Shown: positions 1 to 9,800 of the stretch, piece after piece
Layout of the letters: each line of letters starts with the position of its first letter
Numbering within the stretch: the first letter of the stretch is position 1
Source: an uncultured virus (IMG/VR IMGVR_UViG_3300042549_004976)
Taxonomy: Duplodnaviria > Heunggongvirae > Uroviricota > Caudoviricetes
Virus record (IMG/VR): IMGVR_UViG_3300042549_004976
Strand: one strand, 5' to 3'
DNA length: 64,000 nt
The notes under the pieces: generated by a model
Told to the model about the DNA's origin: nothing
Seen by the model: only the letters and a program-made list of their open reading frames with translations
The model's database searches: none
Translations under genes and position numbers: made by a program

Positions 1-2
1 TC

Positions 3-527
3 GGATTCCCCGTTGAGTCCTACAAGATGTGGTATCGCACAAGTGGCATAGACGATAATAGTGGTGCATGGACAGAAATTGCTATAGGAGCGGATTTGGA
101 AGCCGCTGCTGTATCTGATTACATTCAATTCAAGATTGCGTTTGACATTATGGGCGAACTCTGCGTTCCCACTCGCATATACTCTATTGCTTGTTTGTAT
201 GAGGACTCCAATCAGGATTCACATTATCAGCCGTCTCTGTCAAAATCTTCTACCGCAAGCAAGATATTCGCATGGAAACAGGTTGCTGCATGGGGATCAA
301 ATATCCCAAATATGAGAATTCGTTTGTATGACGCAAGCAACAACAATGAACTATTGAATGATACTGTCACTCTGTCCTCCTACGGTACATGGCAGTATTC
401 GACAGATGGAACTAATTGGAGTTCTTGGAATGCGGCACAGGATACAGTAGGCAATTATATTCGCTACACAGCAACTAGTTTTGGATATAGTGGAGTAACC
501 GTTCGCGCACTTCTTACACAGGCATAA
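3..527 (+). CDS. Putative virion structural protein, 5'-truncated at the window edge
   Basis: The frame is open from position 3 (GFPVESYK) through the ATG at 27. Beta-rich, W/Y/T/S-rich sequence (WQYSTDGTNWSSW), next to tail genes. Confidence 0.55.
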   Translation, partial: GFPVESYKMWYRTSGIDDNSGAWTEIAIGADLEAAAVSDYIQFKIAFDIMGELCVPTRIYSIACLYEDSNQDSHYQPSLSKSSTASKIFAWKQVAAWGSNIPNMRIRLYDASNNNELLNDTVTLSSYGTWQYSTDGTNWSSWNAAQDTVGNYIRYTATSFGYSGVTVRALLTQA

Positions 528-528
528 T

Positions 529-669
529 ATGGATGATATCATTTTCTATAGCGCATACTTTTTTCTTGATATGCCAATACAAGAGATTGGAACTGTATCT
601 AAGTTAGAACCAGACGGGTCTTGGTTTGAGTTGAGATTGGCTTTGCCTGAACGAATCAGCATTGGATGA
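529..669 (+). CDS. Small hypothetical protein (46 aa, MDDIIFYSAYFF...PERISIG)
   Basis: Read by hand, below the ORF-track cutoff. The ATG is 1 nt after the previous TAA and the ORF fills the gap to the next gene. Confidence 0.5.
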   Translation: MDDIIFYSAYFFLDMPIQEIGTVSKLEPDGSWFELRLALPERISIG

Positions 670-684
670 CGGGCTATAAAAATC

Positions 685-1725
685 ATGCCAATTCAATTTC
701 CACCATCTCCATCAGTAAACCAAGAATACACCTACGAAGGAAAGGTGTGGGCATGGGATGGTTCTTCATGGGTTGGTGTGCGTCAAGAAACAGGAGTACA
801 AAAAAGTAATATCTGGTCAAAGCAGAATCTTCTAATTCCTAAACGAGGATTTGGATTAAACTCTGGTTACAACGGAACATCCGATCAACGCCGTACAAAG
901 GCAGGAACCATTCCTGGTCTGAAGCATTACATGGAGCGGGATTTGGGATTGTTTATTAATAATGTTGGTATTGGGTGGACACCTGCAGAAATCGTAACAG
1001 CACTTTGGCTAGATGCCGCAGATGAATCTACTATAACTCTCAATAGTACCACTGTTTCTCAATGGAACGACAAGAGCGGAAACGCAAGACACGCAACACA
1101 AGCGAATGGAGCAAATCAACCAACATATATTTCTAATGGTGGAATGAACTCATTAGGACTCGTTGATTGGGATGGTTCAGACGATTCAATGACGATAAGT
1201 GGAGGCACAACACCATTACATACATTATTATCAGCAGACAATACCTACAGCATGGCATGGGCAGTAAAGCCAGATATAATCAGCAATCAAGCAGTTTTGC
1301 TTTATGTGCCAGAAGGTAGTTGGTCATTCTTGGTTGAAATCAAAAGTGATGGAGGATTGTATTGGGGAGATACTACATCCAACTACAGAACATATTCTGA
1401 AGGATCATTCTTCGTAATTAATACTGGAACTTTCTTTACACTAATCAAGACAGCATCGGGTGCTGGAACTGCTCATGTAGCAGGAACCCTCAACACTAGT
1501 TTTACAGATAATGGTGGTCTGGGTAATACTCCTTCATTGGGCGCAGCATTTATTTTGGGTCAATATCCTGGTATATTCTACAATGGTAAGATGGCAGAAA
1601 TTATTATATCGAATTATTCTTGGGATACTGTCGAAAGACAAAAAGTTGAAGGTTACCTTGCACATAAATGGGGATTACAAGCAAGTCTTCCTAATGATCA
1701 CCCGTACAAATCCTCAGCACCATAA
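685..1725 (+). CDS. Tail-fibre/virion accessory protein with C-terminal LamG/concanavalin-A-like domain
   Basis: N-terminal FPxSP...WxWDGxxW module typical of aquatic T4-like virion proteins. Then ALWLDAAD...WNDKSGNARHATQ...YNGKMAEIII...ERQKVEGYLAHKWG, a LamG-like signature. Confidence 0.7.
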   Translation: MPIQFPPSPSVNQEYTYEGKVWAWDGSSWVGVRQETGVQKSNIWSKQNLLIPKRGFGLNSGYNGTSDQRRTKAGTIPGLKHYMERDLGLFINNVGIGWTPAEIVTALWLDAADESTITLNSTTVSQWNDKSGNARHATQANGANQPTYISNGGMNSLGLVDWDGSDDSMTISGGTTPLHTLLSADNTYSMAWAVKPDIISNQAVLLYVPEGSWSFLVEIKSDGGLYWGDTTSNYRTYSEGSFFVINTGTFFTLIKTASGAGTAHVAGTLNTSFTDNGGLGNTPSLGAAFILGQYPGIFYNGKMAEIIISNYSWDTVERQKVEGYLAHKWGLQASLPNDHPYKSSAP

Positions 1726-1726
1726 G

Positions 1727-1734
1727 CATAAATA
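1727..1734 (+). promoter_or_regulatory. T4-type late promoter (CATAAATA)
   Basis: Near-match to TATAAATA, intergenic, just upstream of the AAGGA RBS and ATG 1750. Confidence 0.5.
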
Positions 1735-1749
1735 TTAAAGGAAATACTA

Positions 1750-2070
1750 ATGCCAGACATATACACAAATTACGCAACTTCAGTCGGTGTCACAGCAGCC
1801 ACCGTAATCTATGCAGGAATCACAGGAACTGCAATAGTGAATGCTATTCATGTTGCCAACAGTAACACCACACTAGCCAATAGTGTATCTGTTCAGTTGT
1901 TCAAGGGAGCAACAGGATACTACATTGTTCGTGCAGCAGCAGTTCCAATTCAAGCAACATACCAAGCACTTGATGCACCAATCCCACTCGTAACAGGAGA
2001 CACTCTCAAAGTTACAGCAGGATTAACTGCGGGACTTGATATCATCGTATCAGTATTGGAGTCAACCTAA
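1750..2070 (+). CDS. Small virion structural protein (hypothetical)
   Basis: AAGGA RBS; beta-sandwich-like pattern ending PIPLxxGDxLKV...DIIVSVLE; TAATG-coupled to the next gene. Confidence 0.55.
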   Translation: MPDIYTNYATSVGVTAATVIYAGITGTAIVNAIHVANSNTTLANSVSVQLFKGATGYYIVRAAAVPIQATYQALDAPIPLVTGDTLKVTAGLTAGLDIIVSVLEST

Positions 2071-2372
2071 TGGCACTACAACAAATTATTCAACATCCAA
2101 CAGGAACCTATTCGCAATATTGGAAGATTCGTACTTTGAATCTAAATCATACCGCCAAGACAGGTACAGTTCTTTTGGATGGCTATGTTTCTGAACAAGC
2201 AAGAATAGACAATAAGGTTCCTCTTGATGAAAGAACCATCACTGTGTTTGATTTTGATGTGTGGTTTGCCCCTGCTGTCATTGATGCTGCGGGAATGAAT
2301 GAGGTAAAATCTGCATATACCTTTACAAAGTCTATTCCGAATGGTGAGTTTGTTGGATCGACTGATATTTGA
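2070..2372 (+). CDS. Hypothetical protein, possibly tail-fibre associated
   Basis: Translationally coupled ORF (YWKI...GYVSEQAR...AYTFTK...F pattern) in the tail region. Confidence 0.5.
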   Translation: MALQQIIQHPTGTYSQYWKIRTLNLNHTAKTGTVLLDGYVSEQARIDNKVPLDERTITVFDFDVWFAPAVIDAAGMNEVKSAYTFTKSIPNGEFVGSTDI

Positions 2373-2382
2373 GGAGTACCAT

Positions 2383-5300
2383 ATGGCAAATGGAATATTG
2401 CGTGCATATCTTGATACTGCTGGTGGAACTATACTTGTAGGAAATCCAAATTTTTATTTGGATGGGTTTCCTGTTGCGGTCGAAGGAAATCCTGTGCAGT
2501 CTCACGGAGACAGCCCACACAATAACGCGGTCATGGTTGCAGGTAGTCCAAATTTTGTTGTGAATGGAATCCCTGTATGCACAACAACAAGTCAAGCAAG
2601 TTGCGGACATTTTGCAACTAGTTCTTCTAGTTTTGGTGTTGGGTCTGGTGCAAGAGGTCCATCAACTAAAACACGAAGAGGCAGTCGTGTGTACGCAAAC
2701 CCAATTTCTTCTCTTGGTTCAACCGCAGCAGCGACCCGTGCGATTCCTGTCTGGGCAGCGTATTTTGGAGCAACAGACAACGGTACACTAACTGATACTC
2801 AACCACCTGTTCCATTTTATGCAACCGAATCGTATGGAGATGTAAACAAATACGAATATGTAAAGCCTATGATTTCCATCATGGGAACACGGGGGAATCT
2901 TGGTTATAGTTATGATACTGTAGATCAGATGTTTGCCTCTACTCGGTATCAAGCAATTCCTGAAAAAATAAATGCTTTGCCTCAAGGCAAGAGAGCAATC
3001 CGTTTGTATCGGTATGATCAGGGTCCAATTTATGAGGATATCCGTGACAGATATCCTAGCGGAACCGATGCTTGGTCGGGCAGTCAGATTTTGTGGGCTG
3101 AAAACTCAGGGATCAGCCTGAGCAATGAACTCACAAGAGTTATATCTGATCTAAAACTAAAAGGATGTCAGCCAGATTATGTGATTGGCGATATGCCTCC
3201 TGGAGAATATCTCCCATTCGGGTTCTTTGATGGTGCAAACTGGAGCAAAACTCTTCCTGGAATAACAAACGATCCCCGATCAAATGCACCGTGGTATAAC
3301 TCTCCAAGTTTTAATAACTTATATACTGTCAACGGCAAATACGGTTTATCGTTTGACGATATTAAAAACAGAGTATTCCATCCTCAATTAAACAGACAGT
3401 ATTTGTATTGGAATCGTGCAGTCTTTGGTATTGAAACAGAGTTTTTGAACCAATTTGTCTACAACACGCTAAAGCAGCAATGGGGCGTGACAAAATTCAG
3501 CAATTTTAATTCTGTGGTGGCTGGAGAAACTGCTGACTTGTATGAACAAAATGGACATCCTATGATATATCCATCGTATGTTGGTGATGCTATTTCTCCA
3601 GCGTTGTATGCGGGATGGAATTTTCCTAATGTGTACGGTATTTCTAGAACAGACACAACACGAATAATCCGAACGAATGCTGGATCAACCGTTTCAGGAA
3701 TTACCGCGGATGCGTGGAGTCAGTTTCTTTTACTTCTTACTAACATTAGAATTGCAAAAAACGAATCTCCCACTGTTCCTATACGACCGTGGGTTGTTTC
3801 TCCTGAATGGACTCAAGGAGGAGCAGCATTCAATCCAAAGTGGATTACCGATACAAGCATTGGCGAAACCATCGGTAGAAAATTGTACTGGGAAAACATA
3901 AGGCACATCATTCTTACTGGATGCGAGATGTTGCACATTTGGGATGGTGGGAATGATACCACAGGAAAAACAAATAACTTTTTAAGTACGATGAATACCA
4001 TTATCCGAGATATAAATGATCGGACTGGTGGATTCCGTATACATTCATTGAATAAAACTAGAATAGATTTTCTGACCTCTTATGTGGTGAGTGGATCTCC
4101 CACCGCAAATAAAAAATATGTCTGGAGAGTAACACCAAAACCAGGTGTTGTTCTGTACGACAGCGCGGGAAATGCCCTTGCTGTTGATTCCGATGGTGGG
4201 GCTTGGGTTGGAACAAATACTTCAGATATTCCACAATATTCAATAACACCTCCTATAGATTCCATAACACAAAACTACAAAAATCAGTATTACGCTGTGT
4301 GTATTCCCGCAGTTGCAGATCCAACGGATCCTCAAGGAATAACATGGAGTAATTGGACACTAGACTTTATTTCTTATTTTCAAGGAAATCCCAGAAGCGG
4401 ACAAGGAATCCGAGCATTTCCTTGGGAAAACAATCCTGCAAATCCATCCGTTTCTAGCCCTTGGCATAATGCCATATATGAATCTGTGATTACATGGTAT
4501 AGGTGGGGTGCAAGAAGTTTTCATTTTCATTTTCCGTATGGCTCATATGGTGCAGAAAGCGCAAATAACGCAAACGGAAACGCAGGATCATTCTTTCTTT
4601 CTTACCAAATACAAAAGGATGCCTATACTGCGAGCACTCCAGGAGTAACGCACACCAATCCTGCAAGATGGAAAGGATTCTCTGAAACAATCAATTCATT
4701 GATTGAAGGAAAAATGATTCCTGTTGATGCAAACATGACTCCTCAAACTAACAAGACACAGATACTTGAACCATGTAATGTGTTTCTATATGTTCCTACC
4801 AATGTGGCATATTACGATTATCGCAGAAAGGCTTGCAAATATTGGCGATCTTTATCAGGAACACCCGCTCAAAAAGATGCCACCTATTACTTAAAACTAG
4901 ACGGCATGATTGATACCTTCAAGAGCATGAAAAGCAAAATACCAAACGGCGGCAAATTGACTATTGGTATGGACGTTGGTTCTAATATTGCAACACCAGA
5001 CAGTATTACCTTGTATAGAAGCATTGTGGATACAAGTTCTTCGGCGGGAACAGATCGTGATGCGTCTTATCTTTCCGATGCGCTAGAACTTAGTGATTGG
5101 TATGTGCTGACCAAACTTAAAGAGGCAGACATAGATGTGTATCTAGAAGCAAGATATCCAAAGAGACATAATCGAATAATCTACGAAATAAGTGGTATAG
5201 CAGGAAGTGCTGGTCCAATTGTAAGTAGTGGATTGTTGTATAACAATTTTACATCCACCGAACACTATTTGTGGACAAGCAACCAACTTACAAAAACTGC

Positions 5301-6054
5301 TCTTCCCGCAACTGTTGCGTGGCTTGGTGCTAGAGACGAAATGGTCAGTAATACAGAATCTCCAAAAATACATCGCCTAGACTGGCAGTCTTTTTATATG
5401 ACGAGCAGTGGCATAACCAATGATCCGTATCGTGCGTGGCATTCCACCGTAAACGGTGCAACTGCTCACGATATGTGGGGAATGCCTGACGATTACACAT
5501 ACTATTCTCCTCATGCCGCAACATTCTATCTGTATGGACTTTCCGATCATCATCGGCACTATAAAAATCTACTACAGCCCAATCGTCCCACTGAGGTTGG
5601 TGTGAGGTTGAATAACTATAATACCATTGTTTTTGATCCAAATTGGTTTGCTTATACTGAAAAATCTGTGCACGATACAAGCGATCCTTCGATTCATACC
5701 TATAGAACAGATTTGCTTACTGCGAATCCACAAATTAGAGTGGAGGGGGGAAATCGGGGTCCTTTCCCGCCTTGGAATGGACTAACCTTTAATGTAGATC
5801 AATGGGCGGCTGGACCAACCGCATATCTAGAAAACTCTATAAATGGAATGAAGTATTGGACGATGGAGGGGCGTAATTTTTGGGTAAACAATGTTATGCA
5901 GCCGTCTTTTGATGCATTTATTCAAATGCTTGATGCGTTTTCCGCTACTGCCGCCCCTGTTTCTGCCGTAGCGGAAGGTTGGGCAGGAGCCACTTATCCA
6001 AACGATTATTACAGCAAAAACATCATCGGATTGGTTCACGGCTTGCCAAGTTAG
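2383..6054 (+). CDS. PAAR-domain (gp5.4-like) spike-tip protein fused to a ~1,100-aa C-terminal extension
   Basis: GAGGAG RBS before ATG 2383. The first ~85 aa show the PAAR pattern (GNPNFYLDGFPVAVEGNPVQSHGDSPH...GSPNFVVNGIPVC...ASCGH) with His/Cys metal ligands. Lies upstream of gp25. Confidence 0.75.
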   Translation: MANGILRAYLDTAGGTILVGNPNFYLDGFPVAVEGNPVQSHGDSPHNNAVMVAGSPNFVVNGIPVCTTTSQASCGHFATSSSSFGVGSGARGPSTKTRRGSRVYANPISSLGSTAAATRAIPVWAAYFGATDNGTLTDTQPPVPFYATESYGDVNKYEYVKPMISIMGTRGNLGYSYDTVDQMFASTRYQAIPEKINALPQGKRAIRLYRYDQGPIYEDIRDRYPSGTDAWSGSQILWAENSGISLSNELTRVISDLKLKGCQPDYVIGDMPPGEYLPFGFFDGANWSKTLPGITNDPRSNAPWYNSPSFNNLYTVNGKYGLSFDDIKNRVFHPQLNRQYLYWNRAVFGIETEFLNQFVYNTLKQQWGVTKFSNFNSVVAGETADLYEQNGHPMIYPSYVGDAISPALYAGWNFPNVYGISRTDTTRIIRTNAGSTVSGITADAWSQFLLLLTNIRIAKNESPTVPIRPWVVSPEWTQGGAAFNPKWITDTSIGETIGRKLYWENIRHIILTGCEMLHIWDGGNDTTGKTNNFLSTMNTIIRDINDRTGGFRIHSLNKTRIDFLTSYVVSGSPTANKKYVWRVTPKPGVVLYDSAGNALAVDSDGGAWVGTNTSDIPQYSITPPIDSITQNYKNQYYAVCIPAVADPTDPQGITWSNWTLDFISYFQGNPRSGQGIRAFPWENNPANPSVSSPWHNAIYESVITWYRWGARSFHFHFPYGSYGAESANNANGNAGSFFLSYQIQKDAYTASTPGVTHTNPARWKGFSETINSLIEGKMIPVDANMTPQTNKTQILEPCNVFLYVPTNVAYYDYRRKACKYWRSLSGTPAQKDATYYLKLDGMIDTFKSMKSKIPNGGKLTIGMDVGSNIATPDSITLYRSIVDTSSSAGTDRDASYLSDALELSDWYVLTKLKEADIDVYLEARYPKRHNRIIYEISGIAGSAGPIVSSGLLYNNFTSTEHYLWTSNQLTKTALPATVAWLGARDEMVSNTESPKIHRLDWQSFYMTSSGITNDPYRAWHSTVNGATAHDMWGMPDDYTYYSPHAATFYLYGLSDHHRHYKNLLQPNRPTEVGVRLNNYNTIVFDPNWFAYTEKSVHDTSDPSIHTYRTDLLTANPQIRVEGGNRGPFPPWNGLTFNVDQWAAGPTAYLENSINGMKYWTMEGRNFWVNNVMQPSFDAFIQMLDAFSATAAPVSAVAEGWAGATYPNDYYSKNIIGLVHGLPS

Positions 6055-6106
6055 GCAATCGTGCAACACAACAATATTGGATATACCTATTCTATAAGGA
6101 GTACAT

Positions 6107-6901
6107 ATGGCAAATCCAGAATGTCCATGCAAGCAAACATTAACTGATGGCGAAAAGGGAGTTCTTAACTTTGGCTTGACCAAGGATATGTTGAAGGATC
6201 CCAACGCAGCAGCAGCAGGACTTGCACGACAACTAGGTGGCAGGAATGGTGGTCGCTTGGCTGATTTGATTGCAGCGGCTCCTTTAGATCCAACAGGTGC
6301 ATTGACGAGCGCACTACCGTCTCTACAGCGCATGAAAACCTCTATGGACTCACAAGCAGGTATTGTTGATGCTTTTGCAGCAGAATCTGCTCGCTTTACC
6401 GATCCTCGATACCTGACGAGCATTATTAGTTCCATGAGCCTGTTTGGAGAACTGAATTGCGCTCTTGGTATTGAGGGACTTGATATTGGAGTGGGATTAA
6501 ATGTGGTGAACAACAACGGACAATTTTCCATTGACTATGCAGTGAATGCCAATGTTGATCTTGAAAAAGTCCTGAACAAATTTAGTGATGGATCAGGATC
6601 AGATCTTGCTGACAAGGTAAAGGATTTGCAGTCGGGATTGGATAGTGCGTTTGCGGCAATAGACGAAGCAAACAGTAAATTAAATGGCATAATGGATGAA
6701 GCCGCTGCCTCACAGGCAGAAGCAGCGGCATTTATCGCAAAGTATACTAGTATCAACTCCCTTGCAAATCTGATTAATGAGGCTAGTACTGATCCGTGTT
6801 TTAAACTTGGAAGCACTCTGAACGGTAGTCTAGTGAGTCCTGAATTTTTAAATACCGTCAACAATGCTGGCTTTGGCGGTGGAGGCACTAGCAACCGATG
6901 A
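6107..6901 (+). CDS. Hypothetical helical/Ala-rich protein
   Basis: AAGGAG RBS, 264 aa, coiled-coil-like C-terminal half; no family recognised. Confidence 0.6.
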   Translation: MANPECPCKQTLTDGEKGVLNFGLTKDMLKDPNAAAAGLARQLGGRNGGRLADLIAAAPLDPTGALTSALPSLQRMKTSMDSQAGIVDAFAAESARFTDPRYLTSIISSMSLFGELNCALGIEGLDIGVGLNVVNNNGQFSIDYAVNANVDLEKVLNKFSDGSGSDLADKVKDLQSGLDSAFAAIDEANSKLNGIMDEAAASQAEAAAFIAKYTSINSLANLINEASTDPCFKLGSTLNGSLVSPEFLNTVNNAGFGGGGTSNR

Positions 6902-7566
6902 TGCTTAGTTCCGAAAATATATCAGCGGCTAGAGATATATGGGTAACCATAGGGGAGTCTGCGGGTGTTTTTGCTGTGGGTTTAGTTTTGGGTGTAGTTG
7001 GAGTGATTCGGCGAAAGAAGATTTCACTCAAGTGGTCGTTGTCAAAAGAACAGAAGTTTGTCCATCGCCACAGCCAAATACATGAACTGCTTACCGAACT
7101 ACGGGTAACGGTTCGGGCATCCCGTTGCCTAGTATTTCAATTCCACAATGGTGGTAATTTTTCAGACGGCACATCAATCAAGCGGTTTTCTGTTACTCAC
7201 GAATCGTGTGTATCAGGAATCATCAGCATGATATTGGAGTCACAGGATGTGCTGCTGACTCGTTATGTTGACATAATTCGGGTCATGGATGAGTCTGCAA
7301 GTAAAATTATATCAGTAAGTACGCTACCCCCATCGTCTTTTCGTTCTGGACTTGAGATAAATAATGTGGAATTCTTTAGTATTACCCCTTTACGATGCGC
7401 TGATGGACTGACTCCACTTGGGTTCTTGTGCTGCCATTGGTGTGGGGCAGACCAACTAGATGAAATTGAGGCAGAGGGAATAAAGCAAAAAACCCTAGAA
7501 GAAGTAATTGACAGCAGCGTCCACGAAATAAACACACACCTTTCATACAAAGTAGAACACAACTAA
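6898..7566 (+). CDS. Single-TM membrane protein with GAF-like domain (possible T4 T-holin-like protein)
   Basis: Hydrophobic segment (VFAVGLVLGVVGVI), then LTELRVTVRASRCLVFQFHNG...PLGFLCCHW, a GAF-like pattern. Length (222 aa) is close to the T4 T holin. Confidence 0.45.
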   Translation: MMLSSENISAARDIWVTIGESAGVFAVGLVLGVVGVIRRKKISLKWSLSKEQKFVHRHSQIHELLTELRVTVRASRCLVFQFHNGGNFSDGTSIKRFSVTHESCVSGIISMILESQDVLLTRYVDIIRVMDESASKIISVSTLPPSSFRSGLEINNVEFFSITPLRCADGLTPLGFLCCHWCGADQLDEIEAEGIKQKTLEEVIDSSVHEINTHLSYKVEHN

Positions 7567-7973
7567 TGGCACTACAGATCACAGGCAGCGGGAAACCTAT
7601 ATTTACTGATATAGATCCCACCTTTACAAAGAATCCCAAGACAGGTGATCTGCTCACCATCAGGGATGATTTGGCTGTCCGCACATCTATACGCAATTTG
7701 ATGTCCACCGCTTTCGGTGAACGGTTGTTTCAACCCACCATTGGTGGATCGCTGCGCTCACTACTGTTTGAACCAATTGATGCCATTACCACAATGGAAA
7801 TTCACGACAGAATTTTGATGACTATCCGCAACCACGAGCCACGAGTTGGTCAGGTGGTGGTGGATGTGACCGCAAGTCCAAACGAAAACTACTATACGGT
7901 TGTGGTGGAATACGCCATACAAGCCGTTGGCAAACAAGATAGAATCTCGGTTGTCCTAGAAAGGGTGCGCTGA
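7566..7973 (+). CDS. gp25: Baseplate wedge subunit gp25
   Basis: FTDIDPTFTKNPKTGDL...SIRNL...GERLFQPTIG...LLFEP...HEPRV; directly upstream of gp6. Confidence 0.93.
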   Translation: MALQITGSGKPIFTDIDPTFTKNPKTGDLLTIRDDLAVRTSIRNLMSTAFGERLFQPTIGGSLRSLLFEPIDAITTMEIHDRILMTIRNHEPRVGQVVVDVTASPNENYYTVVVEYAIQAVGKQDRISVVLERVR

Positions 7974-9799
7974 TGTCTAATTCGAACAGTTTTAATATTG
8001 TTGGTCTTGACTTTGATGAGGCAAAGGCTTCGCTGCAAACTTTCTTGCAGTCACAGGACACTCTGAAAGACTACAACTTTGATGGATCGGTTCTCAGCAC
8101 TGTTTTGGATGTGCTTGCCTACAACACCCACTATCAGGCTTTCCATACAAACATGGTTGCTAATGAGATGTTCTTGGATAGTGCTGTACTGCGTCCATCG
8201 GTGGTTTCCCATGCAAAGGCACTGGGATATGTTCCCTCATCACGCCGTGCTTCTAAGGCTGTTCTGAGTGTTGTGGCGGCAGGAGCAGGAGCAAGCACCT
8301 ACCTGTCTCGTGGTACAGAATTTACGGGGGTGAATCCTGCGGGAACACAGTACCGATTCATTCTGCTTGATACAGTGTATGCAAATATAAGTGATGCAGC
8401 AAATCCAAAGTTTTCATCTATTGAAGTATACGAAGGCACTCTTCGGCGCATGAGTTATGTGTACAATTCAAATAAAAAATTGGGATCGGTTCTTCTTATT
8501 CCCAATGATAAGATTGATACAAGCACCATCAAGGTTCGTGTCAAGGCTTCTGCTGCTGACAGTACAGGCATTGAAGATGTGTGGTCATACGCTGATTCGT
8601 ATATTGACTTGACTCCCACATCCAAGGTGTTTTTCTTGCAGGAAAAAGAAACAGGTATGTACGAACTGTTCTTTGGAGACGACTTTCTTGGAATGAAACC
8701 AGCGTCTGGCAGTATTGTTATTGTGGAGTACATGGAAACCAATGCAGATGATGCAAACGGAATATCAGCATTCAGTAGTACGGTTAGCGGTCTTGGCGCA
8801 ATCACGGTTAATACTGTGTCCGCAGGTGGCGCACTAGAAGAAAGTGTTTCCCGCATCAAGTTCTTGGCTCCTCGATTCTATAAGTCACAGAATCGTGCAG
8901 TAACAGAAGACGACTACACCGCCGCAGTAATTAAAGAGTATCCTAATGCGGATTCTGTTTATGTTTACGGTGGAGAAACTGTTGTGCCTCCTCAGTACGG
9001 CAAAGTGTTTATTGCTGTAAAGCCCAAGTCGGGATCGGCTCTTACTACTGATGAAAAAATTAGTCTTGCACGAGTACTGCGTCAGAATCGTTCGGTTGTT
9101 ACTGTTACTCCCGAAATTGTGGATGCTGATTATATTGATTTAGTGATTGATTCCATTGTTACCTACGATCCAAACTTGGCTTCGATTGGAGCAGGAACCA
9201 TCAAGGCACTACTCGTTGCATACGCCTTTACCTATTCGGCAACTGCACTCGAAACCTTTGGTGCAAACTTTTACCTGTCGCAACTCTCACAAGGCATGAA
9301 CTCGGTGAGTGCTAGTATTCTTAGTAATCAGACAACTGTTAGTCTTCGTAAAACAGTTAACCTTGCCAAACTTGTTGCCTCTAAAGGATTCGCTATTGAT
9401 TTTAAGAATCCACTTCTGCATCCCCATGAAGGACACTCTCCTATCTTGGGATCAAGCACTATATCACATAAAAATACCGATGGGGTAATTGTGAATGATG
9501 TGTACGCAACCGATGACGGCTACGGCAAAATCAATCTAGTTACCACTGATGCAAACGGATCGCAAAGCACGGTATACCCAAATATTGGTGTAGTGGACTA
9601 TGCAAATGGAACAGTGAGATTCAATACTGCATTTGCCCCCACTTCTGTGTCTCCTCTCTTCACGATTACGGTGCAACCAGATAATACCGACATCTTTGTA
9701 TTCGAGAACAAGATTCTTCGCATGAGTCGAGGTTATGCTGATTCGGTTAGTATCTCGTTGCAGTCACAAGTATCTCGCAAGCAAAATCTAAAGGGATAA
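7973..9799 (+). CDS. gp6: Baseplate wedge subunit gp6
   Basis: LDFD...DYNFDGS.LS.VLDVLAYNTHY...NEMFLDSA...QNRAVT.DDY...PPQYGKVFI motifs. Confidence 0.95.
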   Translation: MSNSNSFNIVGLDFDEAKASLQTFLQSQDTLKDYNFDGSVLSTVLDVLAYNTHYQAFHTNMVANEMFLDSAVLRPSVVSHAKALGYVPSSRRASKAVLSVVAAGAGASTYLSRGTEFTGVNPAGTQYRFILLDTVYANISDAANPKFSSIEVYEGTLRRMSYVYNSNKKLGSVLLIPNDKIDTSTIKVRVKASAADSTGIEDVWSYADSYIDLTPTSKVFFLQEKETGMYELFFGDDFLGMKPASGSIVIVEYMETNADDANGISAFSSTVSGLGAITVNTVSAGGALEESVSRIKFLAPRFYKSQNRAVTEDDYTAAVIKEYPNADSVYVYGGETVVPPQYGKVFIAVKPKSGSALTTDEKISLARVLRQNRSVVTVTPEIVDADYIDLVIDSIVTYDPNLASIGAGTIKALLVAYAFTYSATALETFGANFYLSQLSQGMNSVSASILSNQTTVSLRKTVNLAKLVASKGFAIDFKNPLLHPHEGHSPILGSSTISHKNTDGVIVNDVYATDDGYGKINLVTTDANGSQSTVYPNIGVVDYANGTVRFNTAFAPTSVSPLFTITVQPDNTDIFVFENKILRMSRGYADSVSISLQSQVSRKQNLKG

Positions 9800-9800
9800 G

